This document shows, piece by piece, positions 1-13,665 of a DNA stretch of 64,000 nt (its first letter is position 1; the number at the start of each line of letters is the position of its first letter). Both the position numbers and the translations under genes were made by a program. Under the pieces are notes generated by a model. The model saw nothing but the letters and a program-made list of their open reading frames with translations, was not told where the DNA came from and ran no database searches. Source of the DNA: Tubiluchus corallicola. Lineage: Eukaryota > Animalia > Priapulida. The stretch covers positions 1-64,000 of the forward strand of contig JAQGDQ010000283.1 in the NCBI GenBank assembly GCA_030141605.1. Reading direction: 5' to 3'.

Positions 1-1943
1 AGTTGTTGCATTGTTTGTTAACGGCTTTTTGACAGTGGTTAAAAGTAACTTGCATGACTGTGTTTGTAAACACTCTCGTGGATGATTGCATGTAGGTGGT
101 ACATGTATTTGTTTATGTTTTTAAGCCTAATAATATCGATTGTGACCAGTAAAATAAACCCTTGCCGTAAACAAGCAAAATTGTTATGCTTAGTAAGATT
201 AAAATGTAGTGAAATTTATGGATTGATAAAAGAAATTAAAATAGAATGAAATACATTTTAAATGAGTTCCGTGAAACCATTTAGTAGTAGGTTAAACTGA
301 ATTAAATTTATACGGCATTAAATATGCGACTAAAACTACGTCTTCTTATTTGGTAAATTTGGTTTTATTTTTTACATATTTTCTTACGTGACACTACCAT
401 GAAATTACTTTACTTTTATCAACACTATATCAACACACGATAAAATGGGCTAATGATATAATGATGATGGGATGATATTGGACAACGAGGTTGAAACTTT
501 ACTAAAAATAAGAAAATGGTACAGACACTATACACTAATTAATGTCAATTTTAATTATAAAGCCTGAAATTCGTTGTCCCAACCATAACCAGTACACGAC
601 ATTAGCCCATTTCTCCTAACTAAACATCGTTGCAATTGCAGTACTAAACGCAATTCAAAAAAATATTGAAACAATAATACTGAATACTGTAATCGTGGAT
701 AAATGTTACATTAATGTTAGATAACTTTTGTTAATAGCCCTACTGTAGCATGAATGATGATGGTGAAACAAGTTCCACTTTCAAACCTGCAGAAAAAAGC
801 CTCTATAATCCATACGTGTAATACTAGTATATGAATGTTGACTTTTACATCTTTTCAATTCACTTCGCATACAATAAATCCGAGACAGTTATTGTTCGAT
901 CACTGAACACAGGAAGCACAAAAGAAGAGAGATTTTCTACACATCGAGTTAAAAACGGTTAAGCCTTTGTAATTCTCAATTACGCCTCATTTAATGCATT
1001 CTTGGGGCGGTTTTAAAGCAGGCATTCTGTTTTTATTACAGATGATATAATCAGGGTCAACCTTAATAACAAATGTTGTATAAGAAGATTATATTTGCAG
1101 TGAACCAATCTTCCTCTTAATTTGGTGTCATGTGTTCGTTTATTTTTCATGCAAAAAGATTATGGCAGTTAGCATTTATATGTAGTAAGTTGTTAAATTG
1201 ACATGTTTTAAGAATATTTTCAAATCACCAATCAGACACAAGAGTCAGGGACAAGCTAATAAACTAAATTCGTTCACTATTTTCTAAGGACGTGGAACTA
1301 GTGGCAAATCGATTGACCAATGCTTAAAATTTCATTTCGAATTTTAGTCGGAGCGGTCTGTGTTTTTATTTGTAGATATAGCTGCATGTCAAACGTACTT
1401 ATTTTATTAAACATCTTTGTCGGTGAATATTACACAAAACATAACTTATAAACAGCATTACATTGCAATACCAGCAGCGTACCGGCAAATCTTACTATTG
1501 AAGGACGCCAGCCAAGAGATACTGTGTTGACACGGAATGGTCGGGGGTGACAATACGCAAATATGTAGCACGGTAGGATAGGTGGCAGATAAGCAGACAG
1601 GCTGACAAATAGTCTGTTAAATACATGCAGAGAGAAAGAGAGAAGAGAAAGAAGACAAGGGGAGAGGGGAAGTGAATGAGTGAGCGAACAAGCAAATTAG
1701 TGAATGAGTCGGTGAGTGAGGGAGAATGAGTAAGTGTGAATAAAAGAAAACTTGAGCTAGTCCGTCAACCGTGATGATCTTTGAGACCCTACAAAAAGTA
1801 ACTATCACATCATTAGTTGTAATTGTGGTGTACTTCGTCAGGTCTGTGAGCACGCTTTATTATTATATAAAAAAGAGTAATTACACGTTACATAGAAGGA
1901 AAACAGAGTTTTTTGATACCAAAAATGTTCAGATATGTAAAAA

Positions 1944-2558
1944 CAGGTAACGTCTGTTCAGGTACAGGCAATAGTTGACTATTCAATTAGATTAAGTAAT
2001 TTATACGTGAGAGTGAGAATGAAAATAAATGAAACTGGCGCTCTATCGAATGGAAACAAGTTACATATTTTAAGCTCGACCAGAGCAACAAGCTCCAACC
2101 ACAGAGAAACAGAACAAAGGTTTTTGTCTGCACCACGAGAGGACGCTAGCATACCTGTTGCTGTTACCTGAGAAGCTATCGCGTGATGATGACGTCGTTG
2201 CCAGGTAACGCAGTGTTTGTATCCGTGTGTACAGGTGATGCAGGTGACTGGTATTGTCATTAGCGCTTTGAGTACGTTTCCATGCATCTTCTCGTTGAGT
2301 GCATAGATAATAAGTAGCATCGTTCTCTAGATGCTACTCGGGCTTCAATGGTAGATATTTAATAAGATTTATTCAATTTATCAATAATTTAAGTTTCGCA
2401 AGCAAAAGAGCTAACAATTCCGGACAGGTGTGCCGTTACAGTTTGAGCAGGTATTATTGATCTCAGTGACTATGCATGTGTTGCGAGTACACAGGTGCTA
2501 TTAGACATGGCATGTCGTGAAAGAGAGGAGGAGACGACACAAACCGCTAACGCAGGTG
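1944..2558. promoter_or_regulatory. Cluster of 11 CAGGTA/CAGGTG (E2-box, ZEB/Snail-type) motifs around the start of gene A
   Basis: Sites at 1944, 1959, 2152(rc), 2165(rc), 2202, 2232, 2241, 2424, 2448, 2492 and 2553. The regulatory role is inferred. Confidence 0.5.
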
Positions 2559-2605
2559 GTGAAGGGAAAAATTCAACCACAGAAAGCAACTTGAGAGAAA
2601 AACGA
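2507..2605 (+). CDS. Gene A coding exon 1 (MACREREEETTQTANAGGEGKNSTTESNLREKR) of a TEAD-binding-motif/AT-hook protein
   Basis: ATG at 2507 in a GACATGG context, 33 open codons, then a consensus donor CGA|GTAAGT in phase 0 that matches the phase-0 acceptor at 5288. Confidence 0.7.
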
Positions 2606-4422
2606 GTAAGTAGATCCTTCGCTTTTTCTACTATAAAGGTCTTACACCCTGAAACCAGTATGAAATGCAACTAATTATTAATTGGACTCGCAAAGGGTTA
2701 AAAGAACTGTTGGTGACAAGTGTTGCCCAGTAACGGATTTTCCTATAAATCAGGCAAATGAAGAATACCAGTAGGGAATTTGAAATGTCCCCATATAATA
2801 AAAGGTTATTGAAAATTTTGTGCGATTTTGTAGCAATATTATTGTTTTTGTTGTTAAGGGAAAGGACAAGTCATTTAGGGCTCATTATACTGTTACAAAA
2901 AATATAAACTTAGAAAAATATAACAAAGAAATTTGCAAAAAACTGTGTATAAAGCATCAATTTAATTTATACTACTGCTACACAGAAATTTCCAGGCACG
3001 GTGGTAGCCGCTATTTACTTGAAAATTGCAACGTAACTGGTGGACTTAGCGACTTTTCGTAAGCGCATCGTGACTTTTCGTGCTGCTTTAACTAATTCAA
3101 ATTTCAGCGGCTTACCTAATGTTCATGCGAAAATATCACAAAATTAGCTATGTAATCTTTTGAAAAAACTTGCTGTACTTTTCACATAAATTAGCAGTAC
3201 ACTGCTTTTCTTCAGCTAACGAACGACGTCATTGGTGGAAGAATGGGCGCTCAAAATAGGAGCGCCCAAGTGTAAAACGGTTTTAAAAACATTTTACCAA
3301 TTACAAGAGGTACTTATCACACTTTTGTTGCTAAATCTTTCAAACAATTTTCACGAACATTGAAATTAGCCTAATACCCCAGCAGACTTGGTTTTTCCTT
3401 TAAGAATTTGAGTTTTAAGATTTTAGCAAAATGTCATTCATTTATTTATATGTCAAAAGGGGTAATTTTGGACAATAATGAAAGCACGTTTAATACTGGC
3501 AAAATTAATAACATATACGTACATTATCCTTTCTACTGTGGGTAGCATTCTAGGAGACTGAGTGCTAAACTTTAAAAACAATTGATCTAGGATCATCCAA
3601 AATTATGGTCTTCCACTAAAAATTAAACAACGTTACCTTACACGCTACGTAAGTTTGGCTACCCAATTCCTAACGGTGTTTCACGCTTCGCAGCTATCTC
3701 TCATTCCACAAGCAGCATACTCGGATCACTGTTATTCTTTATACAAACTAAAGTCACCGCTAAAGTTTTTACATCTTCCTGTAAATATCAGGTGTGCTTT
3801 GCGCACGAATTGCGAAGTAAGATCATAGACTTCAAGAGTAATTAGTGAATAGCACGCATTCTGATCTCAATAAAAATTACGGGAAATTCTGAAAACGTTT
3901 TAAGAAGATTTTAAAACGGCCAAAGGTAATTTTATTTTGATGACTTTGTTAACATGAAGCATGATGGTGATGTCAATGTTTCCTATAGACAGTTTTATTT
4001 TATTTCATTTCACTACCAAGTAGAATAAGTTTTAGTTCGACTTTATTAACAGTTATAATGTCGTATTTTTTCTCATTTACGTTTTTTTGAGAAAATAAAT
4101 GAAAACTAATTCAGATGCTGTTTATTTGTACCCTAATTTGTTCATGTCACCTGGTCATATAGGTAAAAGATAAAACTAATGAGCGCAACAGCTGCTGCAT
4201 GTGGTTCATTGCATAGTCACTGGTTCCTTTGTTCTCAGTCATTGGTGAGACAGCAAGCGTAACAAATTATCAAGCAACAGAATCTGATAAACTGTATGAA
4301 TGAATTTGATATGCACGCACGAAAGAACAGATCAATGCGCTTGCGATAACAATTAAAATGCTTGGTTTTATCCAATTAATGCGCCATTGTCAGTGCATGT
4401 CGAGAGGAATAAAGAAAAAAAC

Positions 4423-4427
4423 AGAGA

Positions 4428-4518
<91 letters not shown>

Positions 4519-4524
4519 GGAGAG
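4423..4524. repeat. (GA)n microsatellite
   Basis: Seen directly in the sequence. Confidence 0.97.
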
Positions 4525-5287
4525 AAGTTAACTGTTAAGATACCTCTGCTTCTTTAAATCTTAAAGAATTCTTTCAAATATTCCTGAACTGTAGCTTTAA
4601 AAGTTAGAATCACAAAACACTAAAATGTTTCTTCCAGTGTTTAAAGTAATTAAATATCAATGACAATGACATATACGCATACGACATCGATTTGTTTGAA
4701 ACTAAAGCGTGGAAAAGCAAAAATTGTGCTAATAATATACATGTCCAAGGCTCAGCACACAGCCACATTACTATGCGCAGCACACATTAAAGTGCATAGT
4801 TGCAGCAGCTGTATTAATCCAGTCAATCAAGTCATAACAAGCACATTTTAATTTAATCACTGAAACTGCTTGATTCAGTAATTATTTAATGTTTCAGAAG
4901 AAGTGTAGCGATTTGTTATTGTCTCACCTTCCTATTAAGTCATTATGCAATGTGTAAATTAATCCTGTTTCCCAATGCACATTAAACGTAAATGCAAGTA
5001 AGAAGAGAGAGAAAATACCCAGAACAATGGTTTCTCTTAAAAAACTATGTAACTTTGAACTTTTATTTACACTTAAAGTTTTTTAACTACTTTCGAAGAA
5101 ATTCATCTACTTCTTAGTAGAACGTAAATATTGAACAAATTATTTTTACTTGCTGCCAAAATTTTCCTCAGGAAATTTTCTTCCAAGTTTCAATGTTGCG
5201 TTCTTATACATCCGAAAGGAACACAGTTTAAAAGCAATTGTAGTCATCTTGAAAAAAGAAGTTACAGTGTGCATATTTCATTTACAG

Positions 5288-6065
5288 ACTGCTAGTGCGG
5301 AGAAGAGGCGTTCCACAGGCCCCCTGCCATCTAGCAGTGATGAAGATGACGAAGGTTTTCATGAATTCAGTGTCTGTTCACCTGCCTATGAGAGTGTGAG
5401 CTCTCCATGTGATTCAACCTCCAGCGGACCAGTATACTCCAGAAAACCTGGATTCGAACTTCACGGTCATACTGTCACGGTCTCGAAATCGAAGAAGAAA
5501 AAGAGCGAGAAGGTCAACAATGCCGGTAGAATATCGTCAGCATCATCAACCGGTTCTAGTGTCGGTTTCAGTCCCCTACCACTGGATTCGGTCAACAAGA
5601 CAGAACAAGTGATTGCTGCAGACGCTCCAACGTTTCCCAAAGACAGAGGGAAACCAGAAACAGAGGCTGAGTTAGAGGCTGAGTTGAGTTTGACCGCATC
5701 TGCATTAACACTTCACAGAAAAATTCATAAGAAACCAATCAACTCCTTGTGCCGCCGTCACTCGGATGGTTTCAACGATGACTTTCTTCAAAGTCACGTG
5801 AATCGTAGACTTTTATCATTACCCAGCGATAAACTGGCTTCATCACCTTTAAGCACAGATTCTGGTGATTATTTAGAGACATCCTCAATCGCCAGCAGTG
5901 ACGGTAGTGACTTGTTGGCTTCTCCTGTATCCACATCCAGAACTATTGAGTCGCTGTGTGTTACCTCACACATCACAAAACACAAGAAGCTGCACCGGGC
6001 TTTTGAAGCAAAAGAAGTTTTTAAAAAGAATGGACCAACGCCTCCTAAAGTAAGACCAAAAAAAG
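5288..6065 (+). CDS. Gene A coding exon 2: Ser/acidic-rich low-complexity region with basic NLS-like patches (KSKKKK, PKVRPKK)
   Basis: Lies within ORF 5150..6070. Acceptor ttcatttacag|ACT at 5288; composition is coding-like and GC-richer than the flanks; donor AAAAG|GTTAGT at 6065/6066 is phase 1. Confidence 0.85.
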
Positions 6066-6449
6066 GTTAGTAACAAATAAATTCTGTGTCTGCAAAAAAA
6101 GATCCAGAACCTTGTGCTATTTCATTTACATATCACTGCTAATAATACTTCAAATTTGACTTTAGTAAATTGTCTTTGTTATAAAGAAGACTTATTTTTA
6201 GGTTACCATACCCGTCCAACTAATTTCATGCTATTAGCTAAATCTCAGGTAGATAATCTCACTTCTTTGCTTTTAGATGCTTTTAGCAGGCGTCAGGTAA
6301 TAGCTAATTTGCCAAAGGCTAAACGAAATATTATACATCAATGCTATTTTTTATTTGCCCAGTAATACTTACGAAGTACGTGAATACAAGAATACAAGTA
6401 GTAGTAGTGCACTAATGTTTTCAAATCGCTTTGATCGAAATAGGTAAGG

Positions 6450-6581
<132 letters not shown>

Positions 6582-9500
6582 CTTTATCCTGCAAGCAAGT
6601 CTTAATAAATGCCACAATAATAATAATAATAATACTGTGTTGTGAACTAGCATTCATCAAATACGAAAATAGGTCAGCCTTAGAAACACTGTCATTACTA
6701 GACCAACCTGGCTGTTGGCTTCGCTGGGTAAACTGTCACCCATATTCTATGACCGAACCGATATAATGCATCTACACGTGTGTAACGTATGTTTCATACA
6801 TATTAAAGCATTTGAACACGTATTCATTATAATATGCGCACACACACAACAGCCGGTTAGCATTATAACCACATCTTTTCCTCCAACTGGTTGATTAGTT
6901 TGCTTTTTCGTTTATGAAGATTAATGCAAACAGTTAGAGAATGATAAGACCTGCCGCTATAACAATCCAAACAGGATATCTATAGTTAGTATCCTTGTTT
7001 TGCCTATATTGCCTAGAGAAAATTAATGCGTTTTCCCTGTGTGTGCAATAAACTACTTGAGAATTTCATGTGTAAGTCACGTTTATTGACAGCTTTATGA
7101 ACTGAAAGAACTTGATAAAACTGGATAAACTGGAGTCATTGTTTCATCAGATGCTGTGTCCGTTTTTTATCCATTTTTCCAACTATTTCCTGTCGTTGCC
7201 CTATTGTTAATTTTTCTCCTTTTTCGATTTAAAACTGTAAAGGCCGATTCATTACAAAGTAAAAAACTGAACAAAAGTTTTTTATATTCTTAATAAATTC
7301 ATTTTTCTGTGAGTATCAATCAACCAACAAATATTATTAATGGTATATTTAAATATACATATATCCATATCTGTTATCTACGCCAGGATCTAAAGTACAA
7401 TCATTTTTACATTTCGGTTTTTAGCTTAACCTTTATAACAATCCCTTCAATTTCAGCATTTTTGTCATCTGTTCAAATTCAACTGCTTCTAGGCGTACTC
7501 AAATTATTATGTGGCTTTGGCTATCATTATTGCATGTCAAAATGCCAAACTCGACAAACATCGAAGTGCAATTACTCTTCTTTTCATGATTACTGCGTAA
7601 AAGCAAGCGATGCGATATTTTACTAATTGTACGGAAAATATTTCCCGCGTAAAGTAACAAGAGAACTTTGCCTTTCTCTAAAGAAGAATTGCGAATTTTG
7701 GCGTGATGATTATTTGTTTCTTTGTTTCTTCAAACGTTTGTGTATTACAGAACATTTGTAATATTCTTCTGATGTCATATGAAGAGCCTGATAAAGTCTT
7801 TTGCAAATCATCCAGTCATGAATAGCGAAGGCGTGCATGTATGTTAGAAACTACAATAAATAGTTTTAATAAACATAGAGCCGTGTGTAAGACTTTATTT
7901 CTCGTAAAAGCCCGTGGAAGGCAGCTACACTAATAATGTTATATTAAAAAATGGACAGTGGTTATAATTTTAAAATTAAAATTACGGGACGTACACATTC
8001 AAAAAGAGATCGGCGATCATTCTATGACGAGCAACTTCGGACAAAAACCCCAGTTATAGTTATAAAAAGATAAGAAGACATTAAATTATACTAAATTCAC
8101 TAAACTGGGACTGCGGGCCACAGATGGTGTCATCCGTTTTGTTAAATGTCAGCTAATCGTGTCTTAAAGGACAAGAAAACGGGTACCTGAAGTAGATTTC
8201 AGAAAATTCTCCTTAAAAATTATATTACTTTATAGCAATTTTATGCACATATCGTACTCGCCATGAAAGGATTTTTTGTTTGTTTTCATTTTAAATTTCC
8301 CGCTACACTGTTCCGAACGTGCATTACCTGACGTCACTTAAGCACAACGATGATCAGGGGAAGAAAAATAAATGTTAAACTATGTTCCAAAGAACTATCC
8401 ATGCAAAATATGTTACTTAGCATTTCGCTTAACTGCTTTAAAGACTTATGTATATAAAAAATATTAATTATTTAAAATGCTTTCACCCATTGGTAAAATG
8501 TCGCTGACTCACCTCCAGGGTGCACCACTCACTAACCAAAAACGCATTTTTAATCTTACTGACAAAATACAGTAATTTTAAATTTTATTTAGTGAGTTAG
8601 TAAGTTAGTGACGTGTGCGCTACAAATGCCCTGGTTATTTTTTCAAACTTTACACAATGTTATTTTAACTTGTTTCAAATGACTTATCGTCAAAATGGCT
8701 GCGACTAACGGTCATCGCGGGAGTTTAAATTTACATGTTTTATACAGCGTTATTGCCGACGCAAGTCTAATATGCAAAAAGGCAGTACGTAAGTGGTATA
8801 AAATTTCAAGACAAATTTTTAAGCTTTATGTAAGTGGAGGATTTTCTTGTGCTTTAAATAAAGGCAGCTAATGTAATCATGTTAGGGTAAGTCTTCGAAT
8901 AAAACTGATGAGAAGTTACAAGCACTACCTAGTAACAAAACTAATTAAGTGTGAATATATGACAGCTACAAATTTTTCCACATGCACTACCCTAAAAACT
9001 ACGCTAAACATAGTTTACGTGTAGTTATTTTACTGAGATTTTTATACCTACAGTGGTACTGAAGTTAATTTTAAAGTTACCACTAGATTTTAAGTATACA
9101 ATATGAATTTTATTTAGCTGGTTTTAACCACTATAATGTACGCCTGTAGAATAAAATAAGGGAAAAATTGTAGCACTTCCAGGTGCACACTTAATGGAAT
9201 GTGTATATTTGTTCTGGCCATTCAGCCATTTTATTGAGATTTTGTGCACAAACTACTAGTTCCTGGATCTCTTTTACACATTTTGTATATTAATTATTTT
9301 CATCCATTTTCGTTGACTGAAATTAGCAAATTTTCCTTCTCAGAATTTTGTGATCATCTTAGTTCAACAATGAATTTTACAATCTCGGTTTTCAGCTAGG
9401 CTTGACTAGGTTTTGTTCGTCTATTTGTAAGGCATTCTGATCATAATACACCTACGTTCTCAGCTTAGTGTGTGTTTACTTCAAGGCATGAAATGCATCA

Positions 9501-12500
9501 GCGCTAATCAGATTTATAAAATATAAATTAGCTGTAATACCTATAAGATTGTACTGACTACAATAGAAACTGATGCACTCATTACCTGCGTATTGAAACA
9601 GATGGCCAGGAAGATTAAACTACTACACACAGGTAATTCACGTGTTCAGGTAACAACGCAACCGATTTCATAATTACAACGAACCCAACGAACGACGAAA
9701 GCAAAATTGCTCTAATTGATGCTGTTATAGAACAAGTTCCCGCTTAAAAGTGCACAGCGCGTATGTTTTACGGTTTATTATACCCGCTACATAAAACCGT
9801 ATATAATACGATGAAAAGATGCAATTATGGCACACTCCAGCGAGCCGATATATATATATACAGAAATCTGTGTTCCGGATTCGTGCGTTATTATTATCCC
9901 CCCGCTGGGTATTAAACAAAATAGCAGTGTGAAACTGAAAAAAGAAGCTTGATAAGAACGCTTTTCATGATCGTTTACTTTCTTGTTTGTGTACTTGAGA
10001 ATATTTTAGGAGTAATCACACACGGTAAACGTATGGCATATAGTTATAATCATCATTATTACGGTTATAGGCTTACTGGATGTAGATGCTTTTCTTATAA
10101 TGTTATAGCATTCTTGTAATATAGAAGCCTCATTCATTTACTTAAGCAAAAAGGCTCATAACCCAAAGTACAAATAGTCAGTAAGTTATTTATTTATTTC
10201 AATCAAACCGTAAGCTCCTGTATAGTTCAGCAGTAGCAATGATACTATACTAGGCGCTCGCTAATGTGAATTAAAAATAAAGACTGTAAAATCTAAGCGC
10301 TGAATCTTACAACAAAATAACGTTGATGTGAATTCACTGAAAGATTTCATCAGTGTTTTGTCAGAGGTTCAGTTGCAAGACTTCAGGAAAATAGATTGAT
10401 AGGTAAATTCTTTATTGCCATGAAAATACATCTAATCGACAAACAAATGAATATAAAATGTACACTGCGACACGATTGTGGCAGCGTACTAATCAGTCAT
10501 TTTATGATAAAAGACTGTCAATTGGCAATTTTATTTTACTAGAACATATTATAATTAAGCGAAATGTGACTAAAAGTACAATTATTACAAACACATCTAG
10601 ATTGGTGAAATTATAATACACACATATATTTATATACATATTTATACAAACACAATTTTTCTAAATACATACACATACATAACACATAAAAATAAGAAGT
10701 TTACCGCACAAATTCATTGAATAAATAAATCAATAAAAGCATTATGAAAATCTTAAATCAAAGCTTCAAGTCCGCATTAGTGAGTTAGGTCTGGGGTTAG
10801 GCTGTATCAGTGTGTCGTTTGAAAGTAAGTAGCAGGATAAGACATAACGCGGAAGTCGAATCAACAAAATGCATTGTTGATTTATAAAGCATTTTGTAGT
10901 TCTTGGCTGGTTAATCTTAGACAAATAACTCGTGTAAATTTTACATCTGTAATATAGCTTTCTGCATTTGATACATATTACAGCATTATATAAGCTTGAT
11001 GATTATATTGCAACATCGCTTCCGAAACGTATTACAGATGCCACCTGCTTTAGCATAAATCTTAATATAGGACGTTAATTAATAACTCCTGCCATTTAAT
11101 AACGATCTATCCTGCAGCCAATATCATCACGGTTCAGCAACAGCTTTGCTCCAGGCATACATGGCTGGCTCAATACCTAATTAGTTTTCACATCATTTCA
11201 TTTACCTGCGAATTATGAATAATCACCTTTAATGGTGTCTTCTGGCGCTGTGTGGCATAGCTGCTTTGAAGCCAATCTATAATAGGCTCCACTTATCGAA
11301 GATACAGAAATATTAGCTATTGGGCGAAGAATATAATGTGATTTTCAACACGTTAAAAAATGAGAAGTTTTCAAATTATCAATTTACGCTTGTTAACACA
11401 GGTAAAATTGCAAGTACTGGACAGTAACTAAGTGTGTTATCTTTAGAAGAGAAGCCCACCTCCCCCAAGCCTTCTACAACCTTCGTTCTTTTAATGGGCA
11501 CCCACCTTTGTTATGTGGTTACTGTAGATATTATCGATAAATGTGCATTGGTAATTGCGTGGAAACTTCCCAAATCAATATCATGAAGCTGCTACCACAG
11601 CCAAGCCTCCCGGATGAACAGACAGGTGTGTACCTGACGCATGTGGAAATTGCCAATTACCTGAGCGAGCGTCATTCCAATAACCAGGAATCAATCATTT
11701 TGATCGTAGTTCAGAAGTGAAGTAGCAGTGTGTGTGTCACGTTTTGTCACGATATACGTATTTGTTCACCTCGTGGTCATTACCGTAGTTCGCCAATAAA
11801 CCATTTTCAACCCTGTGACCACTAGTATTTTAACTTATTGACATTGGTGACGATGATGACGATTTATTTATATAAAAGATGAACCGCCTCTGGCCACATC
11901 CTTCGGGTGCGTTAAATCCCCGTCGTTACCGGGAATCTCCTTACCCGCATCGTCTTCACCGCGTCACGGAGTGTCGCTGTTAGCGGAAGTTTAATAAATC
12001 ACGCTCGGTGGAGACGTCGATCCCATTCCGGAAAACAAAACAACCGATTTCCGGGTGCAGTCGACCGCAGAGAGTCACTGATTTAAGATGAATATATGCA
12101 GGAAATTTAAAACTATGGGAGCGCAAATAAGTTAAAAAATAAATCAAACGCAATCAGTTAGGTGTATATAGGGATGATAATGTTTAGGCCAGTGCTGAGA
12201 GAAGCAAATTACTGTAAAACTAGAAAACCACTTTAAAGTGACTTCCAACGTAAAAATTACTTTGAAACACTATGCTTTCCCGTCACGATAGCAACATTGT
12301 AATTGCAAAATCCAACCAGAAATCATTTATGGAACTTATTAATGCAAGATTACATAACAAGAAAGAGACTAAACGACCTAATAATGCACTAGTTGACTGA
12401 CATAATAAAGGCAGAGGAGAGAAAGAGAAAAAAAGCTCGATATTTTTACAGCGATAACACAGTTGTTATTGTCACATTTACATTTAAAAATTATCACAGC

Positions 12501-12743
12501 CTATAGTTTTCACTGCAGGAGGCTGAAATTTTTCACGCAGATACTATGGACCATTACGGCCAGAGACTAATTTCACTTTCGCATCATGGCTGCCGTTATG
12601 ACCTGTTCATTACATCTAGTTCTTAGTAAACTAGCATTACCATGCATTATCTTTTCTAGTGAATCCATAGAGAAACATAGATGGCTAGATAAAAGTTTCA
12701 ATTCCAATATGACCGCTGCTATGTCGTCATAGTTGTTTTAGTT

Positions 12744-12745
<2 letters not shown>

Positions 12746-12775
<30 letters not shown>

Positions 12776-12806
12776 GATAATGATAATGATAATGATAATG
12801 ATAATG

Positions 12807-12843
<37 letters not shown>
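12746..12843. repeat. (ATAATG)n microsatellite
   Basis: Seen directly in the sequence. Confidence 0.95.
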
Positions 12844-13149
12844 ATCTTTATTTGAAAAAGTTATTTACAATACCTCTATTTGTAGGGAAGATTTTTACAA
12901 AAACACGTTATAACATTGTTTGTTTCGTTAAACTTTTAAATAAATGAAAGTGTAAGATTATGAAAAACAATGAAAATTCAAACAATTTTCATTAATTTTA
13001 CCACACTTAAAAATATGCCTTACAATAATGTTTTACATAAAAAAGACAAAATATTTATGCAGACTAATATTTGCAACATTATTTATCGGCGTTCTAATAG
13101 TTTTTTCATGATTATTTCCTTTACAATATTAGTGAAAGTTTTACATTCA

Positions 13150-13665
13150 AGAATGCTCCTTTCACTTCATATCTCTCTCAAGTTCAAAGATGGAATTCAG
13201 TTACGCAGTGACACCCTGTTATCTTCGTTTATCAATCTACAACAAAATATGAAATATTCAGCAGTTTGTTCTTCTCCGTGGTTGCAGTCACATCTCTCAT
13301 TTATGCTCTGATCACTCTGATGATAAAAAAATCTTGTTCCTCTATTTTTATGAGTAAATTATTTGCCGTCGTCTCAGAGAGCCTTTCGCCTTCATTCACT
13401 GGAACATCAAGAGGTGTAATGTACGGTTTTATTGCAGTTGGTCTTTCTCTTTGTAACTGCGCTCGATTCCTCAATCGGTTAGACCATATCTTCAACAGGC
13501 ACGCTGTAATATAGGTTTTTGAATGAGCACGTCGCATCATTTCTATGAGCAGGTCGCCTGACTTTAATCTGCGGTCATTTGGCTCCCAAATTATTTTTAG
13601 TTTAGTTTGAACTTAGTATTTTGAACTTAGTAGTAGTTTGAACTTAGCGCAAACTCAACCGTCCT
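13150..13665 (-). mobile_element. Possible DNA transposon remnant (Kolobok/SWIM-like)
   Basis: Decayed frame FFIIRVIRA*MRDV...GCHC is reminiscent of SWIM-finger ORFs. The end reads AGGACGGTTGAGTTTGCG with subterminal TTTGAACTTAG repeats. The family assignment is tentative. Confidence 0.3.

Noticed and set aside
11090-11200. HHGSATALLQ frame resembling a LINE RT motif
   Set aside because: Too short and degenerate to call as a feature.
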